Shown here in pieces: positions 10,400-22,576 of a stretch of 41,364 nt of DNA. The stretch spans positions 1-41,364 of the IMG/VR virus record IMGVR_UViG_2909257012_000006. One strand, 5' to 3'. The translations under genes were made by a program, and so were the position numbers. The stretch's first letter is position 1, and each line of letters opens with the position of its first letter. The notes beneath the pieces were generated by a model. That model worked only from the letters and a program-made list of their open reading frames with translations. It ran no database searches and was not told where the DNA came from. The DNA is from a virus. Taxonomy: Duplodnaviria; Heunggongvirae; Uroviricota; Caudoviricetes.

Positions 10400-11092
10400 T
10401 TAAAACAACGAGCCAAGCAGACCAAGACCAGCACCGATACCAGCACCCCACGGAGTTGATAGCTCGAGAGCACTGGCTATGCCACCACCCAAAAGCGCAC
10501 CGGATGCAGCACCACTAACCCCCTGCTGCAATGCTGACGGTCGGTTGGCGTTTGCCGCAGCCAGCGCCGCGCTTTGCTGTGAAATCTGACTCATGTTGTT
10601 GGCATATGTTTGCCCGGCGTTTGCCTGCCCCTGAAGAGCGCCAAGACCGATATTTGCCAGGTTGTTGTAATTGTTCATTTGTCCAGATAGCCATTGCTGA
10701 CCAAGCGTTGGTGCGATTGTTGCTAACTGATTACTGGTTGCGGTGGAACCCAATCCACCTGTTGCTTCCGCTGCCGCCAGACTCTGATAGCGAGCCTGAC
10801 CTGCAAGGCCTTTATACTGCTGAGAGTTGTAATACTGGTTAAGCGCCTGACCTTGCCCCTCCAGAGACGATAAGTTCTCGAGGCTGCCGACATACTTCTC
10901 AGCCAGAGGAGTAAACGGCTTCAGGTTGTTCATGATGGTGTTGAACTGCTGATTTTGCAGGTCTGCGGCATACTTCTGAGCTTCTGCGGCATACTTTGCG
11001 CTTTTATCAGAGCTGCCACCTTTCCCGCCTTTTTCAGGGCAATAAGGTTCCTCGCCGCGCAGTTTTCTGCCCAGCTTAAATGCATATAACAT
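10400..11092 (-). CDS. Ejection protein, P22 gp7-like
   Basis: 230 aa; Gly/Ala/Gln-rich; synteny. Confidence 0.65.
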   Translation of the reverse strand: MLYAFKLGRKLRGEEPYCPEKGGKGGSSDKSAKYAAEAQKYAADLQNQQFNTIMNNLKPFTPLAEKYVGSLENLSSLEGQGQALNQYYNSQQYKGLAGQARYQSLAAAEATGGLGSTATSNQLATIAPTLGQQWLSGQMNNYNNLANIGLGALQGQANAGQTYANNMSQISQQSAALAAANANRPSALQQGVSGAASGALLGGGIASALELSTPWGAGIGAGLGLLGSLF

Positions 11093-11094
11093 GG

Positions 11095-11550
11095 CTATCT
11101 CCCGTGATTCAGGAAGTCGATTAGTTCTTCGCGTGTGGCGCTGTAAAACGTCACGTCATCCACGCCTTTGAAGTATTTCTTGATGGTTCCTACACGCTTA
11201 AGGCCAATCATTGCGCAGTACATCTGACCGTGGCGGAATTTGCGTGCAGCGAACGATGTGACGCACTGAACGGTGGTGTTAGTCAGAATGTATCTCCAGA
11301 ACGCCATCCCGATTTCCTTGCTGAATCCGCGAATCTCTGGCAGGTACATGGCGTGGCAATCAAAGGTCAGCGGCTGAATCTCCTGATAGTAAACAATGCC
11401 GCCGAACTGCCCGTGCACGTTCACCTCAAAGTAACGGCAATCAGGTTTGTAGTCGTATCCATCACCGTTGTTGCTCCCGGCGATAATGTCAGGGTGATTT
11501 CCGACTGCTTCGATCAGGTCAATGTTTCGCGTTGGTTTGAATGTAATCAT
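11095..11550 (-). CDS. Head assembly protein, P22 gp14-like
   Basis: Position between tail needle and gp7-like gene; no motif recognised. Confidence 0.5.
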   Translation of the reverse strand: MITFKPTRNIDLIEAVGNHPDIIAGSNNGDGYDYKPDCRYFEVNVHGQFGGIVYYQEIQPLTFDCHAMYLPEIRGFSKEIGMAFWRYILTNTTVQCVTSFAARKFRHGQMYCAMIGLKRVGTIKKYFKGVDDVTFYSATREELIDFLNHGR

Positions 11551-12251
11551 CAGTCAATCAGCCCATGTAATCTAAGTGCCGTTTCAAGCGCCAGAATACG
11601 CTGCCTCGCCTGCTGCAAACCTGTAGCGAGAGCTGCGACTTCGGATTGTGTGTACGTAGTGCCGACCGTGTATGACTGGTTAGCGTTGAATGAGCCAAGA
11701 AGAGGTGTACCTGTGGCTGCAGTCCATCCGGTATTTCTTGCTCCAACAACCTGAATTCCATCAACTGAATATGATGTTTTTACATCCAGCGGTGACGCAA
11801 GAGACTGCGATTCGGTTACGGTTTTCGATACGTAATCACTCTTAATGTCAGATACATCGCTTTCTACGCCATCCAGTCTTTGGTCAACAGTGACCAGATG
11901 CGCCTGAATATCGATAACCTCATCCAGCAAGTAATCAACATCGCTACGCAGTACGACTATCTTCCCTTCGGCAGTTGTTAACCTGACCTCAAGGAGATTT
12001 ATCGCTTTTGTGTTTGCGGTGATTCTTGCATCGTGATCTTCCAGTTCGACGTCCTGTTCATCGTTTTTCACCTGAGCATCGTAAGCGCCCTGACCAGCCT
12101 GATTTGCCTTCCCGGCAATTGCGCCGACATCAGCCCCCTGATTAATGACATACAGCAGGTAAGACTGGCTGAATATATTGCGTGGAAGGATTGAAGCATC
12201 AAGGCGCGTAGCCTGAACCACAACAGGATCATTCAGTGATGAATCAACCAT
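11550..12251 (-). CDS. Tail needle protein, P22 gp26-like
   Basis: N-terminus [21 protein letters not shown]...YLLYVI and C-terminal [13 protein letters not shown] match recalled P22 gp26; 233 aa. Confidence 0.85.
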   Translation of the reverse strand: MVDSSLNDPVVVQATRLDASILPRNIFSQSYLLYVINQGADVGAIAGKANQAGQGAYDAQVKNDEQDVELEDHDARITANTKAINLLEVRLTTAEGKIVVLRSDVDYLLDEVIDIQAHLVTVDQRLDGVESDVSDIKSDYVSKTVTESQSLASPLDVKTSYSVDGIQVVGARNTGWTAATGTPLLGSFNANQSYTVGTTYTQSEVAALATGLQQARQRILALETALRLHGLID

Positions 12252-13669
12252 TACTCAATCCTTATCTGGCAGCCAGACAGAGTTACAGGTGACTTCGTGA
12301 TAACACGCAATTTGAAGCCGACATTTTTCCTGATGCGCCCGACTCGCTTCCACAAAACGCGTTTGTCGTAAACGAACGGTTCATTCTGCTCAATCATCTG
12401 CTCACGCCCGTAATTTATGCCGTCAGTGGTTGCAGAGAGAAAAAGGCGGTCAGCGTACTGCGCAACGCCAGTTGACGATTCAACCTCAAGGTCGAACACT
12501 CTGGCGTTATCTGCTTTGAACAACGGAGTAAACAGCAGATGTTCCTGTTGCTTGTCGTACTGGCTGCTGATATCGAATTGCAATTTCCCGGTCACCGATT
12601 CCAGCTTATCGCCGCACGTTATCTGATTGCCTTCGTAAATGAAGTCGATAGCGCGGTACACATCGTCATACAGGCCTGTTTTCAGCACACACCATTGCGG
12701 ACCACTGGCGCTTGAAGATGCGTCGTAAACAAGAACATGGCGCGGAAGATGGATAATCAGCAGCTCATGCGCATCAAATCGCAGAGACTCCATCACACCA
12801 TCAGCCAGTTCATCAGCAGTGTAGGAGCGTAGTATTTTCTCAATGCTCGCGCTGGCGATTGGTGATACCTGACCAGAGCCGATGATGTACACAGACGGCG
12901 CACCTGTTGCCGGATTGCTGATGAACGCATATGAATCAGAGAATGGCGTTTTGCAGTAAGTCCCGGCAATGCCTTTCTGCACCATCAGCGATGGCTGAGC
13001 GACATACAAAGCAGCACCAACTGTGGTTGCACCAGTCAGGGAGAAATATTCAATCGTCGATGAACCAAAGCAGACGATGAAGTCTCGCCATGTGCCGATA
13101 CCGATGATGCCGTCCGGCTGCGATTCTGCGCGATATTGTGCGCTGTAACGGTCAGGATGCGATTCGTCTTCAAGGTCAGTGATAAACCATGAATCAGTTC
13201 CGTCTTTTGACCACGCATAACGCCCGCGTAAGCGCGTAATGTCACGAACAGAACCTAACTCATACTGCGTGAATCCGCTATCTGTAGGCCAGTTTGAGAC
13301 GGTTTTAACCGTGCCATCATAGCGGTATTCGACCAGTTGCCCGTTAACACCTACCGCCTGTGATGTCCGACCATGAGCCATTGATACACGACCACTTCCG
13401 GCAACGTCACCGACTTCACTTTCGCCTTTGTACAGCTTGCCACCACACACGCGATAAACAGCATTCTGCGCCATGTTGTACTCGACGCCGCGCGATACAC
13501 CGTTTACATCAGAGCGTTTGGCAATGCCAGGGAATGAGCGAAGATATCCGCTGCTGTTGAGGATTTCTTTGGGTGTAGCCAACATATTCACTGGCAGATA
13601 GTCGATATAGTCGGCGTTTCGGAAGTCTTTGCCGACACCTTTCATAAGCGGAAGTTGCTGAATCGGCAT
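12251..13669 (-). CDS. Tail hub protein, P22 gp10-like
   Basis: 472 aa; synteny. Confidence 0.7.
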   Translation of the reverse strand: MPIQQLPLMKGVGKDFRNADYIDYLPVNMLATPKEILNSSGYLRSFPGIAKRSDVNGVSRGVEYNMAQNAVYRVCGGKLYKGESEVGDVAGSGRVSMAHGRTSQAVGVNGQLVEYRYDGTVKTVSNWPTDSGFTQYELGSVRDITRLRGRYAWSKDGTDSWFITDLEDESHPDRYSAQYRAESQPDGIIGIGTWRDFIVCFGSSTIEYFSLTGATTVGAALYVAQPSLMVQKGIAGTYCKTPFSDSYAFISNPATGAPSVYIIGSGQVSPIASASIEKILRSYTADELADGVMESLRFDAHELLIIHLPRHVLVYDASSSASGPQWCVLKTGLYDDVYRAIDFIYEGNQITCGDKLESVTGKLQFDISSQYDKQQEHLLFTPLFKADNARVFDLEVESSTGVAQYADRLFLSATTDGINYGREQMIEQNEPFVYDKRVLWKRVGRIRKNVGFKLRVITKSPVTLSGCQIRIE

Positions 13670-13678
13670 TTATTCACC

Positions 13679-14140
13679 TCACGTACTCGGATCATCTTTC
13701 TCGATGTAAAACCGATTCCACGTAAACGCGCTTTTGTTACCACTACCGCGAGGCATGTCATTTCGCCGCTCAAGTGGTGGTATTTTGGTTAAAGCGATGC
13801 AAATTGTCTGGTATGCACTGTCAGCAGCGGTAAGGAGAGCGTCTGACGGCTGAATGACGTTATCCATGCACACTTGCACAGCGAGTTTCAAGGCGACGCC
13901 ATCATTTGCCCATGCAGGGATACCTGAATCATCGTCAGGTAACGGCATGATGCCGTTTTCTGTATCAGCAAACTGATATCCAAGCTCGATACCTTTAGCC
14001 TGCCATGCTGCCATCATGTCTTCGAGGTCATTAATGGCATCTTCAATTGCCTGAGGGTCAGCATCTGTCAACGTGGCATTGGAATACAGCCCGGCTTTTC
14101 GTAAAGCCTTAAGAACGAGATCACCCTTCGTTTTCGCCAT
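13679..14140 (-). CDS. Tail adaptor protein, P22 gp4-like
   Basis: 153 aa; synteny. Confidence 0.65.
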   Translation of the reverse strand: MAKTKGDLVLKALRKAGLYSNATLTDADPQAIEDAINDLEDMMAAWQAKGIELGYQFADTENGIMPLPDDDSGIPAWANDGVALKLAVQVCMDNVIQPSDALLTAADSAYQTICIALTKIPPLERRNDMPRGSGNKSAFTWNRFYIEKDDPST

Positions 14141-14309
14141 CTTCTTCCGCCTTAGCCACTTTATGCTTCGTTGCGGTTTCTTCAGGAGTTTTTACCCAGC
14201 CTTTTTTCAGGTGAGATTTAACTTCTTCGTCATCAACAATGATGTAATCGACAGCAAACTGACCGCAGGTGATCATGTTGCCAGGCTTATAGAGCATTGT
14301 TCGTGCCAT
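14121..14309 (-). CDS. Small hypothetical protein downstream of coat gene
   Basis: 62-aa ORF from internal ATG; Sf6-like phages have a small gene here; weak support. Confidence 0.4.
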   Translation of the reverse strand: MARTMLYKPGNMITCGQFAVDYIIVDDEEVKSHLKKGWVKTPEETATKHKVAKAEEDGENEG

Positions 14310-14350
14310 TGTCTTCTCCCAATAAAAATGGGGCCGAAGCCCCACCAAAA

Positions 14351-15604
14351 TTACTGCCCGGCAATAACGATGCCCGTATATTCAGGAACCAGTACAGAGC
14401 AACCGTACAGAGTGGTGAAACGCGCAGTGGTTACACCTTTGATGTGGTCGAAGGCGTAAGACATGATCAGCGTAGCGCCCTGCTCGGTGGTTGCTGTCAT
14501 TACCTGTGGACCCTGACCAGTCGGGAACGCCAGTTTGCCGTACATCAGCTCAACAGAACCATCAGCCCAGAACAGGTTAGCAGGTGCTGCGTTCTTGTTG
14601 AGAATGGTGATTGCTGCTGATGCTGCCGGCTTGGCATCGACGTTTGCATATGGACGACTCGCAACATCGGCATTTTCAACAGGGAGAATCTTTGGAGAGA
14701 TTGTTACGGTAGTTCCGCTAACAGCCAGAACACGGAATACCTGCGGTTGCCCGGTGGTATCTTTTGTGATCTGGTGTACGGAATTCACACCGGCAATGGT
14801 GAACGCATCACCAACCTGCAAGCCAGATGCAGATACCGTAATAGTCCCCTGTCGGTTATCAACTGGCATACCATTTGAATCTTTCGCTTCAACCTTGTGT
14901 TCAGGTTGGCCTGATACCGTCAAGGATTCAGCGCTTCCTTTCGGTAATCGACCAGAAATATCGGTCTTGTAGCTATCAAAGGAAGCAACCGGAGGGATCT
15001 GCGCTTTTTCGTATGCTGTCAGGGTTGCGCCCTGAGCATAGGCACGGTGACCAAGCTCGCCAGCAAGATCTTTGTAGTTGAAGGGGTTCCAGAAAGAGCG
15101 ACGGTTGATACCCTGAGGTACACCAATCGCCGTCATGGTGGCATCAATGCCTGCCGCACAGTTCCACAAATCACGGCCCTGTGTACCTGTGGTTGAGTCA
15201 GCCATCGTGATCACGTTAGTAGCACGCTGCGTGACCATGGAAATCAGGTCAGAGTCAATCTGTGCAGCAAGGCGCATACCTGCGGCGCGACCAGCTTCAG
15301 TTTTATGTTCCGGGTCACGCATTTCACGCGCATCCAGAGTGTACAGAATGTTTTTCGGCTCCTTGAACACAGAAGGAACAAGGCGCTGAACCAGTGCTGT
15401 AGGCGTTTTTCCGCTGAGGTCGAGGCCTTCCTCAATGTTCATGTGGTAATGCTGCGGACGATACAGAACATCACCTGCTCGCTGCATTGCTGTATCACCG
15501 GGACGGAATTTTTTAGCGTTACGGGAAACTACGCAGGCGGCCTCAAAGCCTTCAACGTAGTTTTCGAACATGATTTCAAGGTCTTTTGCTGATTGGTTAG
15601 CCAT
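14351..15604 (-). CDS. Major capsid (coat) protein, P22/Sf6-like
   Basis: 417 aa; follows scaffold gene; size and synteny. Confidence 0.8.
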   Translation of the reverse strand: MANQSAKDLEIMFENYVEGFEAACVVSRNAKKFRPGDTAMQRAGDVLYRPQHYHMNIEEGLDLSGKTPTALVQRLVPSVFKEPKNILYTLDAREMRDPEHKTEAGRAAGMRLAAQIDSDLISMVTQRATNVITMADSTTGTQGRDLWNCAAGIDATMTAIGVPQGINRRSFWNPFNYKDLAGELGHRAYAQGATLTAYEKAQIPPVASFDSYKTDISGRLPKGSAESLTVSGQPEHKVEAKDSNGMPVDNRQGTITVSASGLQVGDAFTIAGVNSVHQITKDTTGQPQVFRVLAVSGTTVTISPKILPVENADVASRPYANVDAKPAASAAITILNKNAAPANLFWADGSVELMYGKLAFPTGQGPQVMTATTEQGATLIMSYAFDHIKGVTTARFTTLYGCSVLVPEYTGIVIAGQ

Positions 15605-15622
15605 GCTTAATGCTCCGATAGG

Positions 15623-16516
15623 TTATTTTTTTGCCTTTTTAGCGGCGAAATACGGCGTCCAGTCACCAGTTTCCAGCGCCTTGGCTTTCAGTTTGTCGAG
15701 GTTATTGATTACTGCGCCGTTGCTCCCCTTAACTGTCGGGGTTGTGGCTGCCGTGGTTTTTGCTTTTGGCATGATTCTGGCCTTAGATTCGATACGTTCC
15801 AGCAGACGACCAATTGCTACGGGGTTGGTAGCTTCTGCCAGTTGCTTGCGCAGTTCAGCGTTGCGACCAAGCGCCAGAACAACGATTTCCGGCTTCTCTG
15901 ACTCAAACAGGATCGCGTTTTGTGTCTCGATGGGGATTTCCTCGAGTACGGCCTGTTCTGCTTCCTGATAGCCAGGAACCTTGAGAGCCTTAACACGTTG
16001 CTGATATTTGGATAATCGCTCTTGATAAGCAGCCTGAAGCTCCTGCTCCTTCTGCTTGCGAGCCATCTCCTGTTGCTGGTACTTTCCGTTATCCTCTGCC
16101 CACTTAGCCATGCGTTGCTGATAGATTTCTTCATCGAAACCGATGTCCTCATCATCCAGTTTTGGCATTCGCGGTGGTTGAGTGATTACCGGCTGCTGCT
16201 CGACGGGTTTCTGAGACTGACGCATCAGCTCTTTCAGCTCGCGGTCTTTCTCTTTAATCGTCTTGCGCAGGTGTTTTACCAGTCCATGCTCTGCGCTATC
16301 TTCGCTGGTTGGCGAATCCAGCTTTTCGTCACCAAAGTAGAATTCCTGTTCTGATTCGTCGTCATCAGTTTCAGTAGCTTCCTCTGCATCATTGCCGGAG
16401 GACTCACTGCCATCTTCTGTTTCGACTTCTTCAGCCAGTTCGACATCATCAGGAATCTGCTCTGATGTATCGGTTTCGATTTCAACTTCTGGTGTGTTTT
16501 CTGCCATCTGGTCCAT
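15623..16516 (-). CDS. Scaffolding protein
   Basis: 297 aa; acidic N-terminus, coiled-coil-like charged repeats; between portal and coat. Confidence 0.7.
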   Translation of the reverse strand: MDQMAENTPEVEIETDTSEQIPDDVELAEEVETEDGSESSGNDAEEATETDDDESEQEFYFGDEKLDSPTSEDSAEHGLVKHLRKTIKEKDRELKELMRQSQKPVEQQPVITQPPRMPKLDDEDIGFDEEIYQQRMAKWAEDNGKYQQQEMARKQKEQELQAAYQERLSKYQQRVKALKVPGYQEAEQAVLEEIPIETQNAILFESEKPEIVVLALGRNAELRKQLAEATNPVAIGRLLERIESKARIMPKAKTTAATTPTVKGSNGAVINNLDKLKAKALETGDWTPYFAAKKAKK

Positions 16517-16606
16517 TTGTTACCCCTGTTTACTCGATGTTCAGCCCATCGGAAGGCAATAGGGTGCCAGGCCTCATAAAGACAGCCATTGCACGTTATG
16601 GGTTAA

Positions 16607-18805
16607 TTACTGCTGTGGTTGTTGCTGAGTTGATTTTTGCAGGATGCTGCTGATGTCCATGCGCTGCGCATGGCCCTGTGCCTGACTTTTCAGGACAAGC
16701 TCTGCATCAGCACGGGCATTATCTCCTTGCTGTTGCTGGAACTGTCCGAGCAGTTTCAGCGCCTCACGGATATCAGATTTTTGCTGGCTATCGGCAGATG
16801 CTAGGATTTTCACAACATTTGCCGCAGCAACCTGAGCATCCGTCTGTGCCTGGAATGCTTTAACCTGAATGGCTGCTTGTTCGTTCTGCGCTTTCTGCAA
16901 TTCAGCCTGACCAGCAAGAAGCTGACCTTGCGCTGCAACCATAGCCGGATCTGGCTGACTGGCCTGTTGTTGTTTCGCCTGTTCAACCATCTGCTGTTCT
17001 TCAGGCGTTCTCGGCTTGATAACGCCAGACAGAAGCAACTGATTGCGGTTGTATTCTTTCAGGTCGTCCATCCCTTCGCCGTCCATATTGTCGAGAATCA
17101 TCGACGATACAAGGTCGTGCTTCGGCGTTCCTGGTGGGATAAGTGCCAGCATGGAAAGTAACGACTTAACCGTTGCATCACGGCGAGTAGCGAACGACTG
17201 ACCAACATCGACCGTCACTTCATAGTTGCCCTGCGAAAGGTCATTAAGCGCGATAACCTGCCCTGTCTGACGGTCAACCACTTCACCAGTCATCAGCGCC
17301 ACGTCATCGCTGCCGTCCTCATTAACGATACGCATCGGCGTATCACTGCCATAGACCTCACGCGCCATAGAAAGCCACACAACGCCAGCGCGACGCATGG
17401 ATTTAGCCATGTTGTCCATGTAGATATAGGACTGCGTGTCCATCCGGTTAAAAATGCTATCAACGGTATCGGTGGCGACGTTGCTCGGCATGTTCTCAAG
17501 CTGCGACGCACCTGTAATTTGCTGAATAGCCGTTCCGGTGTACTGCAATAGCCCGGCAAGAGCAGGAGGCATTTGTGTCGGAGGTGTCCAGCCAGCAACC
17601 TGAGCCTCTGAAATGACCGTTCCGTTTTTGTCCTTCTTGCTGGTCATGGGAAGAACTGCAGGTCTTTTCTTATTCCTCTCTGCCCAGTGATTCATTAATG
17701 GACCGGGAATGAAATCAACATCCACGATAGGAATGCCATCACCGCCAGCCTGAGTAGCGTTATCTGCAATCATGGAAACCATCAGGTTCTCAAGACGCTG
17801 CGCATCCATCGCTTTTGCTGCGTGGCCTTCGATTCGCTCCTGATTATCAACAAATGAGCGACGCCCATATACCGGGATGAGAGGAATATGTTCGCCCGGA
17901 ATACGCTTCGGTTCTTCCAGCCATTCAGCGCCAGACAGAAGACCGCAATAAACTCTGCGTTTCTTCACTGTCCGCTCACCGATCAGTTCGAATGCACCAT
18001 CGGTTAGCTCGTCGACAATATCTTTGATTTGCTCTTCATCATAGATTGCCGTTTCTCCGCTAACAGGGTTGCGCCACGCCGTGAGCTTCACCTTCTCTAT
18101 GCGAACTTCGTAGTAGCGACCAACATAGATAGCATCAGGAGTTGACCAGTCATATTGAGTGCCAGTGTCATCACGAGAAAGACTTGCCGCGATGGAATCA
18201 GGGTATTCAGCCTCGAACGCTTTAGGCGTCATGGAGAACATTTCCATAGCCCACATAGCATCAGAGCGGTCATATTGCTTGCTGTCCTGATCGAAGAAGA
18301 CGCATGTCGCTGGGTCGTAAACAGGAAGAAGGCTGATGCGGCGCTGCTCGTTACTCGGATCCATTTCATCTTCGTAATCGGCACACATGCGGAAACAACC
18401 GAATCCGCCCGTTACAGCATCATCAAATGCGTTATCACACGCTTCGCCACCTGATGTTTCCTGATAGTCAGCGCGGAATTTGCCGTTCATTTTTTCGGCT
18501 AACGCTTCCGATGCCTTGTCATCCTTCGGCCTGAATTTAACGCTGATGCGATTCTGTCGATACTCGCCAATGATGCGATCACATTCACGGGCAATCTTAT
18601 TTAGTTCAAAGCGCGGGTAATGCTCAAACCTGCCTTCATCAAATGAGTAACCAGCGTTTGTGCTGCCTTCCCACTGTGCACCGGACACCCTGACGAAACG
18701 TTGAGCCTCAATAATCTGCTCACGCATATCCTGCGTTGCTGACCAGGCATTATCAAAGTTGCACAGCACCTTGCGATGCCAGTCAGTCATCTTTTTTTCT
18801 GCCAT
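16607..18805 (-). CDS. Portal protein, P22 gp1-like
   Basis: 732 aa; Gln-rich C-terminal barrel region; follows terminase large subunit. Confidence 0.85.
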   Translation of the reverse strand: MAEKKMTDWHRKVLCNFDNAWSATQDMREQIIEAQRFVRVSGAQWEGSTNAGYSFDEGRFEHYPRFELNKIARECDRIIGEYRQNRISVKFRPKDDKASEALAEKMNGKFRADYQETSGGEACDNAFDDAVTGGFGCFRMCADYEDEMDPSNEQRRISLLPVYDPATCVFFDQDSKQYDRSDAMWAMEMFSMTPKAFEAEYPDSIAASLSRDDTGTQYDWSTPDAIYVGRYYEVRIEKVKLTAWRNPVSGETAIYDEEQIKDIVDELTDGAFELIGERTVKKRRVYCGLLSGAEWLEEPKRIPGEHIPLIPVYGRRSFVDNQERIEGHAAKAMDAQRLENLMVSMIADNATQAGGDGIPIVDVDFIPGPLMNHWAERNKKRPAVLPMTSKKDKNGTVISEAQVAGWTPPTQMPPALAGLLQYTGTAIQQITGASQLENMPSNVATDTVDSIFNRMDTQSYIYMDNMAKSMRRAGVVWLSMAREVYGSDTPMRIVNEDGSDDVALMTGEVVDRQTGQVIALNDLSQGNYEVTVDVGQSFATRRDATVKSLLSMLALIPPGTPKHDLVSSMILDNMDGEGMDDLKEYNRNQLLLSGVIKPRTPEEQQMVEQAKQQQASQPDPAMVAAQGQLLAGQAELQKAQNEQAAIQVKAFQAQTDAQVAAANVVKILASADSQQKSDIREALKLLGQFQQQQGDNARADAELVLKSQAQGHAQRMDISSILQKSTQQQPQQ

Positions 18806-18806
18806 A

Positions 18807-20222
18807 TCAACCTACACCACAAGGAATTGAGTAACTGGAATAGTCTGGTTGCGCAACCGACTCCGGGCAATGCATACACATCATCAACGCATCAGCCAGG
18901 TTAGGAGATGGAATACCGAGCTTCTGCTTCATTTCGACCTTAGTCATAAGCTCCAGCTTCCCGTTATTATTGAATTTGCGCTGAATCTGCGTCAGTTCTG
19001 CAAACAGCTTCTCCAGCATCTTCTCGCCTATCGCTTCTTTGTCGAAACTCAGCATGTCGTCGGGGTCTGCATACTCACCGTGAACAACCGCCCGATATGT
19101 CAGATACAGCCTGTCAGCCAGCGCGTAATAGAATTGCGCTCGCTTATTGCGGAATACATCGCCAATAGTGCGAACGTTGTCGCCCTGCACGACTTCATCA
19201 GCCCATGCCCCGGCCTGATACGGTGCATCTTCATCGAATGGCGATTCGCTGCCCTTGAACATCGTGGCGGTGATTTTCTTGCCGGAGAACGCTTCCGTTG
19301 TCTGTCTGCGTAGCCCCGCACCAACACCATCACCATCCCACAGGTAATGGTCAGCGCCGTCTTCAATTGCCAGCGAAGTAGCCCAGTCAGCACCCTCGTT
19401 GATATCCATCAGCAGACCTTCGGCAATGCGCTTAACTACCGAACCGTGACGCGATGCATAACCTTTAGCATCCGGCCCTGTATCTGACGGGTCATGCGCA
19501 GAGACAACAGCGCCTTTCGCTTTCCATCCGAGTTTCTTGTGCGCATCGGTTGCGGCTTCAAGCCATTCACGTTTGATGATTGCCATATCACTTGCGCTTA
19601 CTGGCTCACCAAGCCAGATATGACGATACAGTGTCGGATTTCTGCGTTTACACTCTTCCATCTCCAGACGGAGAACTTCAGGAAAGTGCGGGTTGTCGGT
19701 GTAGTTCACCGTCAGCAGGCAAATATCATCTGGAGGATTTACGACGAATCGCTGATAGGTATCGTCAAGGATGTTCTTCGGGTTAAAGCTCACCCATATT
19801 TCGGAAAACGGCTTGCGGATGGTTGGTATCAGGATATCCCATGATTCCTTCGTTACCGCTTCCGCTTCTTCCACCCAGCAGATATCAATGCCTTCGAGCG
19901 ATTTAATCTTCGTCGGGTTGTTTTTGATGCCGTAGAACATGAATTCAGCATTCGTTCCGAGATGACGAATCATTGAACGCTGAATTTCAAACTCAGCCGA
20001 ATACCCTTCACGCTCGATGGTATCTTCAAGCAACCGGATTACCGAATCGCTGATACTGTTTTGCAGTTCACGAGCGCAGAGAATACGCACAGGCTGCCGA
20101 CGCGCCGCTTCAACAAGCAGCCTCGCAATTGCCCATGACTTACCGCTACCTCGACCGCCTTTGGCGACTTTGTAGCGATGCGCCTCAATGAACGGTTGAA
20201 AGATAGGATTAATCGAGGTCAT
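18807..20222 (-). CDS. Terminase large subunit
   Basis: Walker A KGGRGSGKS near N-terminus; 471 aa; overlaps small subunit stop. Confidence 0.9.
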   Translation of the reverse strand: MTSINPIFQPFIEAHRYKVAKGGRGSGKSWAIARLLVEAARRQPVRILCARELQNSISDSVIRLLEDTIEREGYSAEFEIQRSMIRHLGTNAEFMFYGIKNNPTKIKSLEGIDICWVEEAEAVTKESWDILIPTIRKPFSEIWVSFNPKNILDDTYQRFVVNPPDDICLLTVNYTDNPHFPEVLRLEMEECKRRNPTLYRHIWLGEPVSASDMAIIKREWLEAATDAHKKLGWKAKGAVVSAHDPSDTGPDAKGYASRHGSVVKRIAEGLLMDINEGADWATSLAIEDGADHYLWDGDGVGAGLRRQTTEAFSGKKITATMFKGSESPFDEDAPYQAGAWADEVVQGDNVRTIGDVFRNKRAQFYYALADRLYLTYRAVVHGEYADPDDMLSFDKEAIGEKMLEKLFAELTQIQRKFNNNGKLELMTKVEMKQKLGIPSPNLADALMMCMHCPESVAQPDYSSYSIPCGVG

Positions 20223-20644
20223 TTTCCGAATAGAGTACTCATCGGTGATGTTTCAATCTGGATTGCGCCGCCGTCTTTGCCGACAAGCTCGTTAGTTACC
20301 TTGTCGCCATACTTACGGGGATTCATTCGGGCCAGCGCCCATTTGCGGGTATCAACGCGAAGTCTTGCCTTTGCCACCTCGGCGGCATCAGGGATTACGT
20401 CGTCAGCAATTTCGAATATCTCTTCGAAAATAGAGTCGGCCCGAGTCTCTGTTGCCTTCGCGTACTGGTCACGAAACTCCTGATGTTCAGCCAGCCAGCG
20501 AAAAACTGATGTTTTGCTCGGCATTCCTGGGCGTTCGCAAACTTTGCGCAGACTCTCACCGGAGGAAAGCAATGCGCAAATGTCATTAGCCACCTCCGGC
20601 ATATAATCAGAGGGGCGACCACCTTTCTTTTTCTCAGTCGCCAT
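20219..20644 (-). CDS. Terminase small subunit, Sf6 gp1-like
   Basis: 141 aa; from recall close to Sf6 gp1 (GRPSDYMPEVA...RLRVDTRKWALARMNPRKYGDK). Confidence 0.8.
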   Translation of the reverse strand: MATEKKKGGRPSDYMPEVANDICALLSSGESLRKVCERPGMPSKTSVFRWLAEHQEFRDQYAKATETRADSIFEEIFEIADDVIPDAAEVAKARLRVDTRKWALARMNPRKYGDKVTNELVGKDGGAIQIETSPMSTLFGK

Positions 20645-20730
20645 ATTGATTATTTCCCTTCTGCTTGCTTATCCCATTCATCGCGGAATTTGGATGGGTT
20701 TGAAGTGGTCAACAAAAACTGGCCACCGAG

Positions 20731-21878
<1,148 letters not shown>

Positions 21879-21976
21879 TATGGCACCTGTGTTGTTCTGA
21901 GGTGAGCATATCACCTCTGTTCAGGTGGCCAAATTCAGTAAACCACTTCAGTTGTCGAAACCTTGAGTTGCCATGT

Positions 21977-22219
21977 TTATGCTCCGGTGGTGAACAGGTC
22001 TAACGCTTCCTTCGATTTACGCACCGCTTCGATAGTGCGGGTCGTGATATCTGAATTAGCGCCGCCTGACTGGAAGTGAATTTTGAATAGCTCAAGCTTC
22101 AGCTCGTCAGTGCCGATGAATTGAAATGCTTCTTCTGCGGCTGCGTTCTGGTTCATGACCAGCTTGTAAATCTCTAACTGGAATTTCTGTTCTTCAGTCA
22201 TGGGAATAATCTCTGCCAT
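21977..22219 (-). CDS. Small hypothetical protein at P22 orf80 position
   Basis: 80-aa ORF between lysis region and terminase, as in P22. Confidence 0.55.
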   Translation of the reverse strand: MAEIIPMTEEQKFQLEIYKLVMNQNAAAEEAFQFIGTDELKLELFKIHFQSGGANSDITTRTIEAVRKSKEALDLFTTGA

Positions 22220-22576
22220 TGTTGGCTCCGTTTATCCGTTAAAAGGGATATCAGTTAAGTTATCCCGTGTAGGGTATAAGCCATTGTCGAGACCACTCAT
22301 TGAATGGCATCTGCAATAACCGATGTCTTTCCATCAGTCCGCCACCACAAAGAATCTTTTTTGCCATAAGGCAGGAGGTTCATCTTTCAGTGGCTGCCAG
22401 TGTTATTTCCCCACTTACTGGCTTGGGTTGTTTCGCTGTACTGCCGTAACTGGTTACCCAGAATAAATTCCGGTTTCATTATCAAGCCCACCCGTAGATG
22501 GGCTTTGTAATGGATAGCTGTTTCTCAGTTCTCGTAATGCTTTGATTTTTCCGATAACGCAGTTTTGCGTTTGCCA

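Noticed and set aside
7181-20483. Numerous 60-150-aa ORFs antisense to virion and terminase genes (e.g. 7181..7471, 9187..9501, 10531..10842, 11230..11754, 14535..14972, 15817..16155, 18849..19313, 19494..19844)
   Set aside because: Each is fully embedded in a long, well-supported structural gene on the opposite strand.
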